From Thermoanaerobaculia bacterium (lineage in GTDB: Bacteria; Acidobacteriota; Thermoanaerobaculia; Multivoradales; Multivoraceae), in NCBI GenBank assembly GCA_963666565.1, contig OY762911.1, positions 3,328,001-3,392,000 of the forward strand: 64,000 nt of DNA, read 5' to 3'. A program made the position numbers and the translations under genes. The notes beneath the pieces were generated by a model that saw only the letters and a program-made list of their open reading frames with translations, did not search any database and had not been told where the DNA came from. Position 1 is the stretch's first letter; the number at the start of each line of letters is the position of its first letter. Positions 27,612 to 37,633 of the stretch are shown piece after piece.

Positions 27612-29915
27612 TCAGTTCGAAACCGCGGCGGGCCGGTTGAGCACCAGCAGTGCGGCGAACAGGACCGCCCCGACACCGTTCACGACGAGGCCCATCGCCG
27701 CCCCGCCCAGGTCGGGGACCAGGAGCAGAGCCGCCGCGACCAGCATGAGGACGCGGAGCGGCAGGGTGAGCTCCGTCCGCAGGTAGCCGCCGATCCCCGA
27801 TGCCAGGGCCACGATGCCGACGACGGCCGCGCCGAGCGCCAGCAGCAGGGGCGGCAGTCCCGCGGCGCCCGCGGCAAAGAGGCTCGCGCCGTCCTCGTCC
27901 ATCAGCAGCAGCGCCGGCCGGTAGATGAACATGAAGGGCAGCGTGAACCCGACCAGGGCGAAGCGGAACGCCGCCAGCGCCGTCGGCATGACGGGCGCCT
28001 GGGCCAGACTGGCCGCCGCGTAGGCCGCCAGCGCGACCGGCGGGGTCACCATCGACATCATCCCGAAGTAGAAGATGAAGAGATGCGCCGCCAGGGGGAT
28101 GACGCCCAGTTCGGACAGCAGCGAGCCCATCAGCGTCGCCATCAGGAGGTAGCACACGACCGACGGCACGCCCATGCCCAGCACCAGCGACGTCACCATG
28201 ATGCCGAGCAGGGCGAGGAACAGGTTCGTCGCCACGACCCCCTTGATCGCGGCCGAGAAGTCCGCCGCGATGCCAGTCTGCTGCACGATGCCGATGACGA
28301 CGCCGACGCAGGCGCTGGCGGCGACCAGGGGGATCCCGTTGCGCGCCGCCCGGGTCAGGGCGCCGAAGACGTGCGGTCGGAAGACGCGATGCCCGAGTCC
28401 GAAGACCATCAGCCCGAACATCGCCACGATCCCGGACGAGAGCCAGGACTCGAAGATCTGCCGGAACGACGGCTCGGCCGGCAGGTCCGCCCAGATCAGG
28501 TTGTGCAGGAGGGCCACCGCCCCGAAACAGCCGAGAGCCAGATGGCGCAGCCTCCGGGGCAGTTCGATCTCCGGGCGCAGCACCGCCAGCACCAGGATGA
28601 CGATCAGCGCCCCGGTCACCGCCCGGAACGGCGAGAACCGCAGCAGCAGGAGCAGAATCAGCGTGGACAGGCCGGCGCCGAAAACGAGCGCGTCGAAGCG
28701 CCGTACCGGCGGCGGCTCTCCCTCGCGCTCCGGGGTCCCGACCCGCCGCGAGTAGAAGTGGACGATCAGGAAGATCGAGAGGTAGAAGAGGATCGCCGGC
28801 AGCAGCGCCGCCTGCACGATCTGCAAGAACGTGACCCGGGGCTCGACGATCTCGAGCATCATGTAGGCGCCGGCGCCCATGACCGGCGGCACCAGCGCGC
28901 CCCCCGATGCCGCCGCCGCCTCGACCGCCGCCGCCACGTGGCGGCGGAAACCGTTGCTGCGCATCATCGGGATCGTGAAGGCGCCGGTCGTCACGGCGTT
29001 CGCCACCGCACTGCCAGACAGAGAACCCAGGAGCCCGCTGCTCAGCACCGCCACCTTCGCCGGCCCGCCCGGCCGGGCGCCGAACACCCGCTCGGCGAAG
29101 CGCATGATGAACTGCGTCGCTCCCGACATCTCCAGGAACGCTCCGAACACGACGAACAGGAAGACGTAGCGGAACATGACCGACGCCGCCGGTCCGAACA
29201 CGCCCAGGCTCTGCAGGAACGTCGTGCCGACGACGTCCCGCGGATGCTGGCCGGCGTGCGGAAACAGCCAGTCGGGCAGCACGGGCCATCCGCTCCGCAG
29301 GCTGTAGTAGCAGTAGAGCGTGTGGGCGACGAAGGCCAGCGCCAGCGCCGGCACGATCCAGCCGATGCTCCGGCGGGCAGCCTCCAGCACGAGCAGGAGG
29401 CCGATCAGGCCGAGGCCGATGTCCGCCCCCGTCTCGATCCCGGCCCGGTTGCCCAGCGACCTGCCTCCCGACCAGAGGTGCTCGAACGCCGGCTCCGTCT
29501 GCACGACGACGTAGGCGCACACCGCCACCCCCAGAAGCCCAAGAAGCCCGTCCACGCCTCGCAGCCAGCCGTTCGCCGCGAACCGCGGATGTACCGGAAA
29601 GGCCAGGAAGCAGAGCAACAGCCCGAGGCCGACGAACGCCGCCAGGGACGACTGCGGCAGCAGCAGCCCGAAGTTCACCTCGAAGAGGACGAAGAAGCAC
29701 AGCGCCGCGCCGAGCGCCGCGATCAGCGCGCGGCGAGAGCGGTCGAACCGCGAGATGCCAGCGGCCTCGCCCGGCGCGCCGCCGGAAGCGAATCGGGCGC
29801 CCGCGCTCCCGGGAGCCGCGGCCGCCGCGGAAAGCTGGGTGCGCGAGTCTTCTGACCCGCCGCCGCCGAAGGCGGCCGACAAGCCGCGCACCGGGAGCTG
29901 TTCCGCCTCGTTCAA
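27612..29915 (-). CDS. TRAP transporter fused 4TM/12TM permease
   Basis: GGPAKVAV, GSAVANAVTTG, PPVMGAGAY and TPPVALAAY motifs. Start set at TTG 29915, overlapping the TAXI stop. Confidence 0.92.
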   Translation of the reverse strand: MNEAEQLPVRGLSAAFGGGGSEDSRTQLSAAAAAPGSAGARFASGGAPGEAAGISRFDRSRRALIAALGAALCFFVLFEVNFGLLLPQSSLAAFVGLGLLLCFLAFPVHPRFAANGWLRGVDGLLGLLGVAVCAYVVVQTEPAFEHLWSGGRSLGNRAGIETGADIGLGLIGLLLVLEAARRSIGWIVPALALAFVAHTLYCYYSLRSGWPVLPDWLFPHAGQHPRDVVGTTFLQSLGVFGPAASVMFRYVFLFVVFGAFLEMSGATQFIMRFAERVFGARPGGPAKVAVLSSGLLGSLSGSAVANAVTTGAFTIPMMRSNGFRRHVAAAVEAAAASGGALVPPVMGAGAYMMLEIVEPRVTFLQIVQAALLPAILFYLSIFLIVHFYSRRVGTPEREGEPPPVRRFDALVFGAGLSTLILLLLLRFSPFRAVTGALIVILVLAVLRPEIELPRRLRHLALGCFGAVALLHNLIWADLPAEPSFRQIFESWLSSGIVAMFGLMVFGLGHRVFRPHVFGALTRAARNGIPLVAASACVGVVIGIVQQTGIAADFSAAIKGVVATNLFLALLGIMVTSLVLGMGVPSVVCYLLMATLMGSLLSELGVIPLAAHLFIFYFGMMSMVTPPVALAAYAAASLAQAPVMPTALAAFRFALVGFTLPFMFIYRPALLLMDEDGASLFAAGAAGLPPLLLALGAAVVGIVALASGIGGYLRTELTLPLRVLMLVAAALLLVPDLGGAAMGLVVNGVGAVLFAALLVLNRPAAVSN
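29835..29877 (-). repeat. REP-like repeat copy inside the 5' end of the TRAP permease
   Basis: 43-nt match with 4 mismatches to 47198-47240. Confidence 0.8.
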
Positions 29916-30904
29916 TCGCCCGCTTCGGGCCAGATGCCGATCTCCCGGTAGAAACGCTCCGCGCCCGGGTGGAACGGTGTGCCGGTGTTGCGAGCGGCGT
30001 TCGCTTCGTTGATCGCGCGGCCCGCCGGGTGCTTCTCCGCGATCGACTGGCGGTTCTCCCACATCGTCTTCGTGACTTGGTAGATCAGCTCCTCATCGGC
30101 GTCGGCGTAGGCGATCAGATGCATCGAACCGACGTTGAGGCCAGGGTAGTCCTCGGTGAGATCGGAGTAGGCGTCCGCCGGAATCGTGGCGAGCTGGAAG
30201 AACGGGTAGTCCGTCGCGAGCTGCTGGCGCTTCTCCTCGTCGAAGGGCAGGAACACGATGTCGTGCGTGCTGCTGGCCTGCGTGACCGCTCCGGTGGGAA
30301 CCGCGCCGCCGAGGAAGGCTGCGTCGATCGAACCGTCGGCCAGCATGTCGACGGCGCCGCTCTGGGTGCCGTAGACCTGGGTGAAGTCGTCGTAGGTCAC
30401 GCCGTGCGCGGCCAGCAGCGGCTGGACGAACATCTCGAAGCCCGCGCCGGCCACGCCGACCATCGCCCGCTTCCCCACCAGGTCCCGCAGGGAAGTCAGC
30501 CCGGAGTCGGCCTTGGCGATGAAGGTCGCGATGTTCGGCGCCAGGGTGGCGACGGCGCGGATCTCGTAGCTCTGCTCCCAGCCCGACTCGCCAAGGACCG
30601 CGAAGTAGCTGATCGCCGAGTTCGACATCGCGAGTTGCAGTTCGCCGCGCGCGAGCCGGCGGATGTTCTCCTGCGAGCCCTTCGTGCCGCGCGGCTGCAC
30701 CCGCCACTCGTTCTCGCCGCGGTTCTCGTTCAGGACCTCGGCGATCGCGCCGCCGACGACCGGAAAGGCGCCGCCGACCGGCGCCGTGCCCATGCTCAGG
30801 AACTGCGGGCCGCCCGACGGGCCGTCGCCGGCGTCGCCGCCGCCCCCGCCACAGGCGACGAAGAGCGCGAGCAGAGGAAGAAGGACGAGCGAACGGGTCT
30901 TCAT
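29912..30904 (-). CDS. TAXI family TRAP solute-binding lipoprotein
   Basis: Lipobox FVAC; GTAPVGG, TKGSQENI and PFHPGAERFY motifs. Confidence 0.93.
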   Translation of the reverse strand: MKTRSLVLLPLLALFVACGGGGGDAGDGPSGGPQFLSMGTAPVGGAFPVVGGAIAEVLNENRGENEWRVQPRGTKGSQENIRRLARGELQLAMSNSAISYFAVLGESGWEQSYEIRAVATLAPNIATFIAKADSGLTSLRDLVGKRAMVGVAGAGFEMFVQPLLAAHGVTYDDFTQVYGTQSGAVDMLADGSIDAAFLGGAVPTGAVTQASSTHDIVFLPFDEEKRQQLATDYPFFQLATIPADAYSDLTEDYPGLNVGSMHLIAYADADEELIYQVTKTMWENRQSIAEKHPAGRAINEANAARNTGTPFHPGAERFYREIGIWPEAGD

Positions 30905-31018
30905 GCGGGGGAACCTCTCGAACCGCGGGAGTGCGGGGACCGCCGGCCGGCAGCGCGCGAGCCTAGCAGCCGGCGCGGCGGCCGCCGCTCCGAAGCGCGG
31001 CCGGAAACGCGGCGGCCC

Positions 31019-32329
31019 TCAGCCCGACGCCTCGGAGATGCAGTAGAGGAAGCTGTCGGTCCGCAGGTAGAGCCGTCCCGGCGCCGGCGCAAGCGAGGAC
31101 AGCGTGAAGCCCTGGACCTGGTTCGCGGCCAGGATCTCGAACTCCGGGCCATCGCGGACGACCGTGGTCACGCCGTCCTCGCTGGTCGCGTAGACCTTGC
31201 CGTCGGCCACCAGCAGGGAAGCGCTGTAGGTCCCCGGCTCGAGCCGCCGGTTCTCCCAGTCGGGCTCACCGGTCCGGGCGTCGAGCCGCGACAGCAGGCC
31301 GTTGTCTCGCAGCAGGTAGAGCGTCTCGCCGTCCGTCGCCGGAGTCGGCACGTCGGGACCGCGGTCGGTCTCCCAGAGGAGTTCGGGTTCGCCGCCGGGC
31401 CGGAGCCGCAGCGCCTTCATCGGATTGACGCGGGTGGGGACGAAGACCAGATCCCCCGCGGACACCGGCGACGCGACGACCCGGTACATCGGGCTGTCCC
31501 TCGGGTTGAAGCCCTCCACGCGCCACAGCTCGCGGCCGCTCTCCGGGTCGTGCCCGGTGGCCACGTCCCCGCCGTTCAGCACCAGGACATGCCCGTCGCC
31601 GCTCTCGACCAGAGCCGGGGTGATGTAGGCGTCGGGCGACTCCATGCGGGCGTTCGTCGGCCGTTCCTGCCGCCACATCGTCTCCCCGGAAGAGGAGTCG
31701 ATCGCCAGGAGGTAGGACGGATCGTCCGTCTTCATGCCGTGGAGAACCGGCACGTAGAGCACGTCCCGCCAGAGCAGCGCGGACGAGCCATAGCCGTGGT
31801 TCAGGCCGAAGGCGCCGTAGTCCTGTTCGAGTTCCCGCGCCCAGAGCCGCTTGCCGTCGAAGTCGTAGGCCTGCAGGGCGCCGGTGCCCGTCAGCACCCA
31901 GACCCGCTCGCCGTCCGCGATCGGAGAAGGCGACGACATGTTGTGCTTGCGCTGGAATCGGTTGCCGCCTCCGATCGTTCGCCGCCACACGACGTCCCCC
32001 GAACCCGCGTCGACCCGCCACAGCGACAGATCGTCGCCCTCGGCGACGTTCAGGAACACGATGTCGCCGACCACGATCGGGGTCGATCCGGAACGATCCG
32101 GCAACGGCAGCTTCCAGAGGACGTTCCGCTCCACGTTGCCGTCGTGCGACCATTCGACCGGCAGACCGGTGTGCTGGCTGTAGCCGTTTCGCGCGGGCCC
32201 CCGCCAGTTCGGCCAGTCCGCCCCGCTCGCAGCCTGCGCCGCGAACAGCGCCGGCAGGATGCACCAGACGGCCGGCCGCCAGCCTCCGGCCCGGCCTCGA
32301 AGTCGCGGCTTCACGTTCGTTCGGTTCAC
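31019..32329 (-). CDS. PQQ-binding-like beta-propeller repeat protein
   Basis: Signal peptide, DWPNWRGP start, repeated G..W blades, SSPSP and YSAS motifs. Confidence 0.85.
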   Translation of the reverse strand: MNRTNVKPRLRGRAGGWRPAVWCILPALFAAQAASGADWPNWRGPARNGYSQHTGLPVEWSHDGNVERNVLWKLPLPDRSGSTPIVVGDIVFLNVAEGDDLSLWRVDAGSGDVVWRRTIGGGNRFQRKHNMSSPSPIADGERVWVLTGTGALQAYDFDGKRLWARELEQDYGAFGLNHGYGSSALLWRDVLYVPVLHGMKTDDPSYLLAIDSSSGETMWRQERPTNARMESPDAYITPALVESGDGHVLVLNGGDVATGHDPESGRELWRVEGFNPRDSPMYRVVASPVSAGDLVFVPTRVNPMKALRLRPGGEPELLWETDRGPDVPTPATDGETLYLLRDNGLLSRLDARTGEPDWENRRLEPGTYSASLLVADGKVYATSEDGVTTVVRDGPEFEILAANQVQGFTLSSLAPAPGRLYLRTDSFLYCISEASG

Positions 32330-35247
32330 GCTGCCTCCCTTGCCGCGGCCGGCTCTTGCGTTCGTCCCTCGCTCCCTGCCGCCTCGCCGGCGGCTTCGGC
32401 GGCCTCCGGCATCAGCAGAACCTGGATCCGGTTCTCGCCGCCGAGATAGTCGCGGGCCGCACCCTGGATCGTCTCCGCGTCGAGCCGGCCGAACAGCTCC
32501 TCGTACGCCAGGATGCTCAGCGGATCGTCGCCGAACTGGTAGACGGATTGCAGCACGCCCAGCCAGAAGCCGTTCGTCTCCTTCGCCGTCTCCCGGCCCC
32601 GCCGTTGCTGCTCGCCGATCTGACCGACTTCCTCGTCCGTTGCCGGTTCCTCGCGGATGCGGGCGATCTCCTCGTCGACCGCCCGGAGCATCTCCTCGAC
32701 CCGGTCCGGATCGCAGCCGAAGCTGATCTGGATGGCGAACGCCGAGACCGGGATGCGCTCGGCGCCGCCGCCGACGTTGGCGCCGTAGGTGCCGCCGAGT
32801 TCCTCCCGCAACCGCTCGCGCAGGCGGTCGCGCAGCAGCGAGACCATCGAGTTCAGCCGGTAGCGGTTCAACTGGCTCTGCTCGAACGGGCCGGTGAAGA
32901 CGACGGCGACCTGGCTCTTGTCCTCCAGCCCCTTGTACACGGTCCGCTCGATGCGGCCCTCAGGCGGGCGCACGCCCACGTCCCGCCACTCTTCCTCGCG
33001 GCCGGTCGACGGGAGTCCGCCCAGCCAGGTCGCGACCAGCGGTTCCATCGCCTCCAGCTCGAAGCTGCCGGCGAAGAAGAACGTGAAGTCGGAGAAGTCG
33101 CGGAACCGGTCCTCATACACGGCGAAGATCCGGTCTTCGTCCAGGTCCGCCAGCATCTCCTCGGTGATCATGCGGCGCCGCGGATGCTCCTGGCTGACGA
33201 CCTCCTGCAGGGTCTTGATCCAGGCGTACATCGGCATCGCGCTCTGGTTGCGCAGCAGGGCACCCTGCCGCGTCAGGAAGGACTCGTACGCCTCCGCGTC
33301 GCGGCGGGGCGCCGTCCCGCTGAGGTAGATCAGCTCGAACAGCGCCTCCAGGTCCTTCGGCGAACCGCGCCCGTTGATCCCCTCGAACAGGGGGCCGATG
33401 ACGGGACCGACCCGCGCCACCTTGCCGGCCAGCGCCTTGTTCAACTGGGTCAGGCTGAAGTTCCCGAACCCGGAGAGCTGGGCCACCGAGGTCGCGAGGC
33501 TCGCCTCCAGCCAGTCCTCGTCCGAGACCAGGGACGTGCCGCCGGGGCTGAAGGACGCGAACAGGATCTCGTCGTTCTTGAAGTCGCTGGGCCGCAGCAC
33601 GACGCGAACGCCGTTCGACAGGCGCCACTCGGTGACGCCGAGCTCCTCGATCGTCGACCGCTCGACGATCTCGCCCGGCGACGGTCGGACCGGGACCAGC
33701 GCGCCCTCGCCGACGTCGTCCTCGTAAGCCGCGACCTCGACCGAGGCCACCCGGTCGAAGACTCCCAGAAGCTCCTCCTCGCGGGGTTGTTCGAGCCCCT
33801 CCTTCTCGGGGCCGCTGGCGAGAATCACGCGGTCGCGGTCGCGGATCCACCCGTCGGCGGCCCCGTTGACTTCGTCAAGAACGATCCCGGGCACGTACCG
33901 CCGGGCCAGCTCCCGCTCGTAGGCGATGCCCGGAAACGGCTCGTCCCTCAGGTAGTGCCGCTGGTACTCGGAGACGTAGACGGCGGAGTGGGTCTTGTCC
34001 CGTTCGTCGTACGCCCGGTCCATCGACCGCAGGGTGTTGATCCTGGCCCGTTCCAGCTCGCTCGCCTCGAAACCGTGGCGGCGGGCCCGCTCCGACTCGG
34101 TAAGCACCGCTTCCAGCGCCCGCGCCGCGCCGCCCTCGCGCGCGCCGGCCGAGAGCACGTAGAGGCTGCGCTGGCGAGCCAGCGTCCCCCGGCTGCTCGT
34201 GGCGCCGATGAACGGCGGGTCGGCCTCCTCGGCGCGCTCGGCCAGCCGGTTGTTCAGCATCCCGTTGTAGAGGCCGCGGACCAAGCGCGCCCGGTAGTCC
34301 GCGACGGTGACGAACGGGTCCGGGTCGCCCTTGTAGGCGACCGAGACCGAGGATCGCGACAGTTCGGGATCGGCGAAGATCGAGACCAGCGTCTCCTCGT
34401 GCGGGGGAATCTCCGCCTCGAAGCGTTCCCGCGGTTCGTCGGCAGCCGCGAGCCGGCCGAACCGCCTGCGGATCTCCTCCTCGATCGACCCGGCGTCGAA
34501 GTCGCCGACCGCGATGAGCGCCATCAGGTCCGGCCGGTACCAGTCGCGGTAGAAGTCCCGCAGCCGCTCCGGCGGCGCTTCGCGCAGAATCTCCGGGTCG
34601 CCGATGGGCAGCCTCTCGGCGTAGCGCGAGCCGTGGAAACGGTAGGGAATCTCGGCGTCGCGCAGCCGCGCGCCGGCGCCCCGGTCGCCCCGCCACTCCT
34701 CGACCACCACGCCGCGTTCCCGCTCGATCTCCTCGTCCTCGAAGCTGACGGCGGAGGCCCAATCCTCCAGCACCAGGAACGCCTTGTCGAGGATCTCCTC
34801 GTCGTCGGTGGGCACTTCCAGCATGTAGACCGTCTCGTCGAAGCCGGTGTAGGCGTTGACGTCCGCCCCGAAGCGCATGCCGATGCTCTGCAGGTAGTCG
34901 AGCAGTTCGCTCTTCTCGAAGTGCTCCGTACCGTTGAAGGCCATGTGCTCGACGAAGTGCGCCAGCCCGCGCTGATCGTCGTCCTCCAGCAGCGAACCGG
35001 CGCGCACGACGAGGCGCAGGAAGGCCCGGTTCTCGGGCCGGCCGTTCTGCCTGACGTAGTAGCGGAGGCCGTTGTCGAGCTGGCCGGTGAGCACGGCCGG
35101 GTCCTGGGGCAGGACCTCGTCGAGCTCCCAGGTCCAGTCTCCTTCGGAGGCCTCCTGGCCATGTGCGGCCGGCGACGGATGAACGACCAGCACGGCGGCC
35201 GCCAAGACCGGCCAGACGCGCGCGGCGCGTGAAATCCGCTCGATCAT
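32326..35247 (-). CDS. M16 family zinc peptidase (PqqL-like)
   Basis: GLAHFVEHMAFNG (HxxEH), ERGVVVEE, LREELGGTY; signal peptide; ATG at 35247. Confidence 0.94.
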   Translation of the reverse strand: MIERISRAARVWPVLAAAVLVVHPSPAAHGQEASEGDWTWELDEVLPQDPAVLTGQLDNGLRYYVRQNGRPENRAFLRLVVRAGSLLEDDDQRGLAHFVEHMAFNGTEHFEKSELLDYLQSIGMRFGADVNAYTGFDETVYMLEVPTDDEEILDKAFLVLEDWASAVSFEDEEIERERGVVVEEWRGDRGAGARLRDAEIPYRFHGSRYAERLPIGDPEILREAPPERLRDFYRDWYRPDLMALIAVGDFDAGSIEEEIRRRFGRLAAADEPRERFEAEIPPHEETLVSIFADPELSRSSVSVAYKGDPDPFVTVADYRARLVRGLYNGMLNNRLAERAEEADPPFIGATSSRGTLARQRSLYVLSAGAREGGAARALEAVLTESERARRHGFEASELERARINTLRSMDRAYDERDKTHSAVYVSEYQRHYLRDEPFPGIAYERELARRYVPGIVLDEVNGAADGWIRDRDRVILASGPEKEGLEQPREEELLGVFDRVASVEVAAYEDDVGEGALVPVRPSPGEIVERSTIEELGVTEWRLSNGVRVVLRPSDFKNDEILFASFSPGGTSLVSDEDWLEASLATSVAQLSGFGNFSLTQLNKALAGKVARVGPVIGPLFEGINGRGSPKDLEALFELIYLSGTAPRRDAEAYESFLTRQGALLRNQSAMPMYAWIKTLQEVVSQEHPRRRMITEEMLADLDEDRIFAVYEDRFRDFSDFTFFFAGSFELEAMEPLVATWLGGLPSTGREEEWRDVGVRPPEGRIERTVYKGLEDKSQVAVVFTGPFEQSQLNRYRLNSMVSLLRDRLRERLREELGGTYGANVGGGAERIPVSAFAIQISFGCDPDRVEEMLRAVDEEIARIREEPATDEEVGQIGEQQRRGRETAKETNGFWLGVLQSVYQFGDDPLSILAYEELFGRLDAETIQGAARDYLGGENRIQVLLMPEAAEAAGEAAGSEGRTQEPAAAREAA

Positions 35248-35275
35248 CGACGTTTCCTCCTGTGAGTGAAGCGGC

Positions 35276-36028
35276 TCAAGGGTTGCCGGCCGCTTGGGCG
35301 CCGCCGTCCACACGCACGACGGCATCGGCAGGCAGCGCGTCGACCAGCGCCGCGAGAGCGCGGTCGGCGGCGCCGCGGCTGCGGCTGTCGACCGTCAACT
35401 TGACCCGGTAGTCGCCGTCCATCACCGGGTAGCTGCCGATGTCGACGTCGCCGTGGGCGTCGACGACCCGGTCGAGCATCTCCGCGATGTCCGTTTCCCG
35501 GCAGGACGTGTAGACGGCCCGGCAGTGGAAGCGCCGGCCGGCGGCGAGACGGTCCCGCAGCAGCGGCAGCTTCATGCGGAAGATGCGCGGCACGCCGGGC
35601 AGCACGTAGACGTTCTCCATGACGACCGACGGCCAGGGCACGTCCGGCGTGCTGACGAGTTCGGCGCCCTCCGGCACGTCGGCCATCCGCAGGTGGCCCT
35701 CGGTGCAGCGCTCGCCCACCATCTCGCGGATCTTCCCGACCAGCTCCGGGGAGCGGACCAGCGGCCGGCCGAACGCCCGGGCGACGGCCTTGAGCGTCAC
35801 GTCGTCGTGGGTCGGCCCGACGCCGCCGCTCGTGATCAGGTAGTCGAACCGGCCGCGCAGGCGCTCGATGTCGGCGGCGATGCCGTCGACGTCGTCCGGA
35901 CAGACGACCACCCGGCGGAGCTCGATCCCGAGGTCGAAGAGCTCCCTCGCCAGCAGGCTCAGGTTCGCCTCCTCGACCTTGCCGGAGAGGATCTCGTTCC
36001 CGATGATGAGCGCGCCTGCCGTCGGCAT
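35276..36028 (-). CDS. CinA-N / molybdopterin-binding domain protein
   Basis: IIGNEILSG, SGGVGPTHDDVT, LPGVP and IGSYP motifs. Confidence 0.9.
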   Translation of the reverse strand: MPTAGALIIGNEILSGKVEEANLSLLARELFDLGIELRRVVVCPDDVDGIAADIERLRGRFDYLITSGGVGPTHDDVTLKAVARAFGRPLVRSPELVGKIREMVGERCTEGHLRMADVPEGAELVSTPDVPWPSVVMENVYVLPGVPRIFRMKLPLLRDRLAAGRRFHCRAVYTSCRETDIAEMLDRVVDAHGDVDIGSYPVMDGDYRVKLTVDSRSRGAADRALAALVDALPADAVVRVDGGAQAAGNP

Positions 36029-36080
36029 CGCGCGAGTCTACTTCGGGCGTACGGCCAGCGCCCGCGGGTCGGCGCCCTCC

Positions 36081-36872
36081 TCAGCGGCCCGCGAATCGCG
36101 GCGTCCGCCGCTCGCCGAGCGCCTTCACGCCCTCGCGGGCGTCGGCGGTGCGGAAGGTGACCTCCTGCTCGGCGCTCTCCAGGTCGAGCGCTTCCTCGAT
36201 GCCCCGGTCGAACGTCCCCCGCAGCGTCCGCTTCGTCGCCTTCACCGCGACCGGTCCCGCCGCGGCGACCTCCAGCGCCAGGTCCTCCACGACCCGGTCG
36301 AAGTCCTCGTCCGCCTCGCGGCTGGCGATCCCCCACTCGACCGCCGTCGCCGCGTCGATCAGCCGGCCGCTGTAGAGGAGTTCGGCCGCCCGCGCCGGGC
36401 CGACCAGGCGCGGCAGGGTCCAGGTCGCCGCCATGCCGGGGTGGATGCCGAGCCGCACGAAGGTCATTCCCACCCGCGCGCCGGTCCGGATCACCCGCAT
36501 GTCGGCGCCCAGCGCGAAGCACAGGCCGGCGCCGATGGCGTGGCCGTTGATCGCGGCGATGGACGGCGCGGCGAGGTCGCGGACCGAGAGGTAGAGGCGG
36601 TAGAAGCTCGCGCCGCCGCCGAGGCCGGGACCGGCGTCCGGGTCCTCGCTGACCTCCTCCTGGATGCTCTTCAGGCTGCCGCCGGCGCTGAAGGCTCGGC
36701 CGCCGCCGCGGACGATCACCACCCGCGTCTCCTCGCGGGCGTTGATCTCCGGCACCGCGTCCCGGATCTCGGCGCCCATCTCCGGCGTCATCGCGTTCAG
36801 CCGCTCCGGGTCGTTCAGGGTCAGGCGGGTGATCGGCCCCTCGTGGGCAAGCAGGACGTGCTCGAAACTCAT
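36081..36872 (-). CDS. Enoyl-CoA hydratase/isomerase family protein
   Basis: LNDPERLNA, FSAGG, AAINGHAIGAG and DAREGVKA motifs. Confidence 0.92.
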   Translation of the reverse strand: MSFEHVLLAHEGPITRLTLNDPERLNAMTPEMGAEIRDAVPEINAREETRVVIVRGGGRAFSAGGSLKSIQEEVSEDPDAGPGLGGGASFYRLYLSVRDLAAPSIAAINGHAIGAGLCFALGADMRVIRTGARVGMTFVRLGIHPGMAATWTLPRLVGPARAAELLYSGRLIDAATAVEWGIASREADEDFDRVVEDLALEVAAAGPVAVKATKRTLRGTFDRGIEEALDLESAEQEVTFRTADAREGVKALGERRTPRFAGR

Positions 36873-37018
36873 GCCAGGTGCTCTCCTTCGGGTCCAGCCC
36901 GTTCGTGTCGCTCCGACGGGGCGAAGTCGGCGTGGCCGGGAAGCGTTGCTGCCGCGGACTCTGCGGCGGGCGCGGGCCGGCCAGCATACCGGGCCGCGGG
37001 CGCGGTAAGATGCGGCGC

Positions 37019-37585
37019 ATGCTGACGATCACCGAACTGGCGCAGAAGCAAGTCGCGGAAGCGATGAAGTCCGAAGAGCGCGAAGATCTCGCGCTCCGGA
37101 TCGCGATCACCGGCCGCAGCGGCGGCGGATTCCGCTACCAGATGGACCTGGTCGGCCTCGACGAGACCCGGCCCGGCGACGAGATACTCGAAACCGAAGC
37201 GTTCAAGGTGTACGTCGACTCCGAGAGCGCCACGGACCTCGAAGGCGCCACCGTCGACTTCGTCACCCGGCTCTCAGAGAGCGGCTTCAAGTTCGACAAC
37301 CCCAACTCGGTCTGGGGCGAAGGCCTGGCGGCCGACGTCCAGCGCGTGCTCGACGACCGTATCAATCCGCAGATCGCCGCCCACGGCGGCTTCGTCACCC
37401 TGCTCGAGGTCAAGGAAGAGACGGCCTACATCACGATGGGCGGCGGCTGCCAGGGCTGCGGCATGGCCGACCAAACGCTGAAGCAGGGCGTCGAGCAGGC
37501 GATCGTCGAAGCGGTGCCCTCCATCCAGCGCGTACTCGACACGACGGACCACGCGGCGGGCACGAATCCGTACTACGCGCCGTAG
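37019..37585 (+). CDS. nfuA: Fe-S biogenesis protein NfuA
   Basis: Degenerate A-type carrier N-domain plus NifU-C domain (INPQIAAHGG, GGCQGC, DHAAGTNPYY). Confidence 0.92.
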   Translation: MLTITELAQKQVAEAMKSEEREDLALRIAITGRSGGGFRYQMDLVGLDETRPGDEILETEAFKVYVDSESATDLEGATVDFVTRLSESGFKFDNPNSVWGEGLAADVQRVLDDRINPQIAAHGGFVTLLEVKEETAYITMGGGCQGCGMADQTLKQGVEQAIVEAVPSIQRVLDTTDHAAGTNPYYAP

Positions 37586-37633
37586 CGCGCGGCCAATCTC
37601 GCTTCGCCGCGTGAGCGGCGGCAACCTGGCGCG

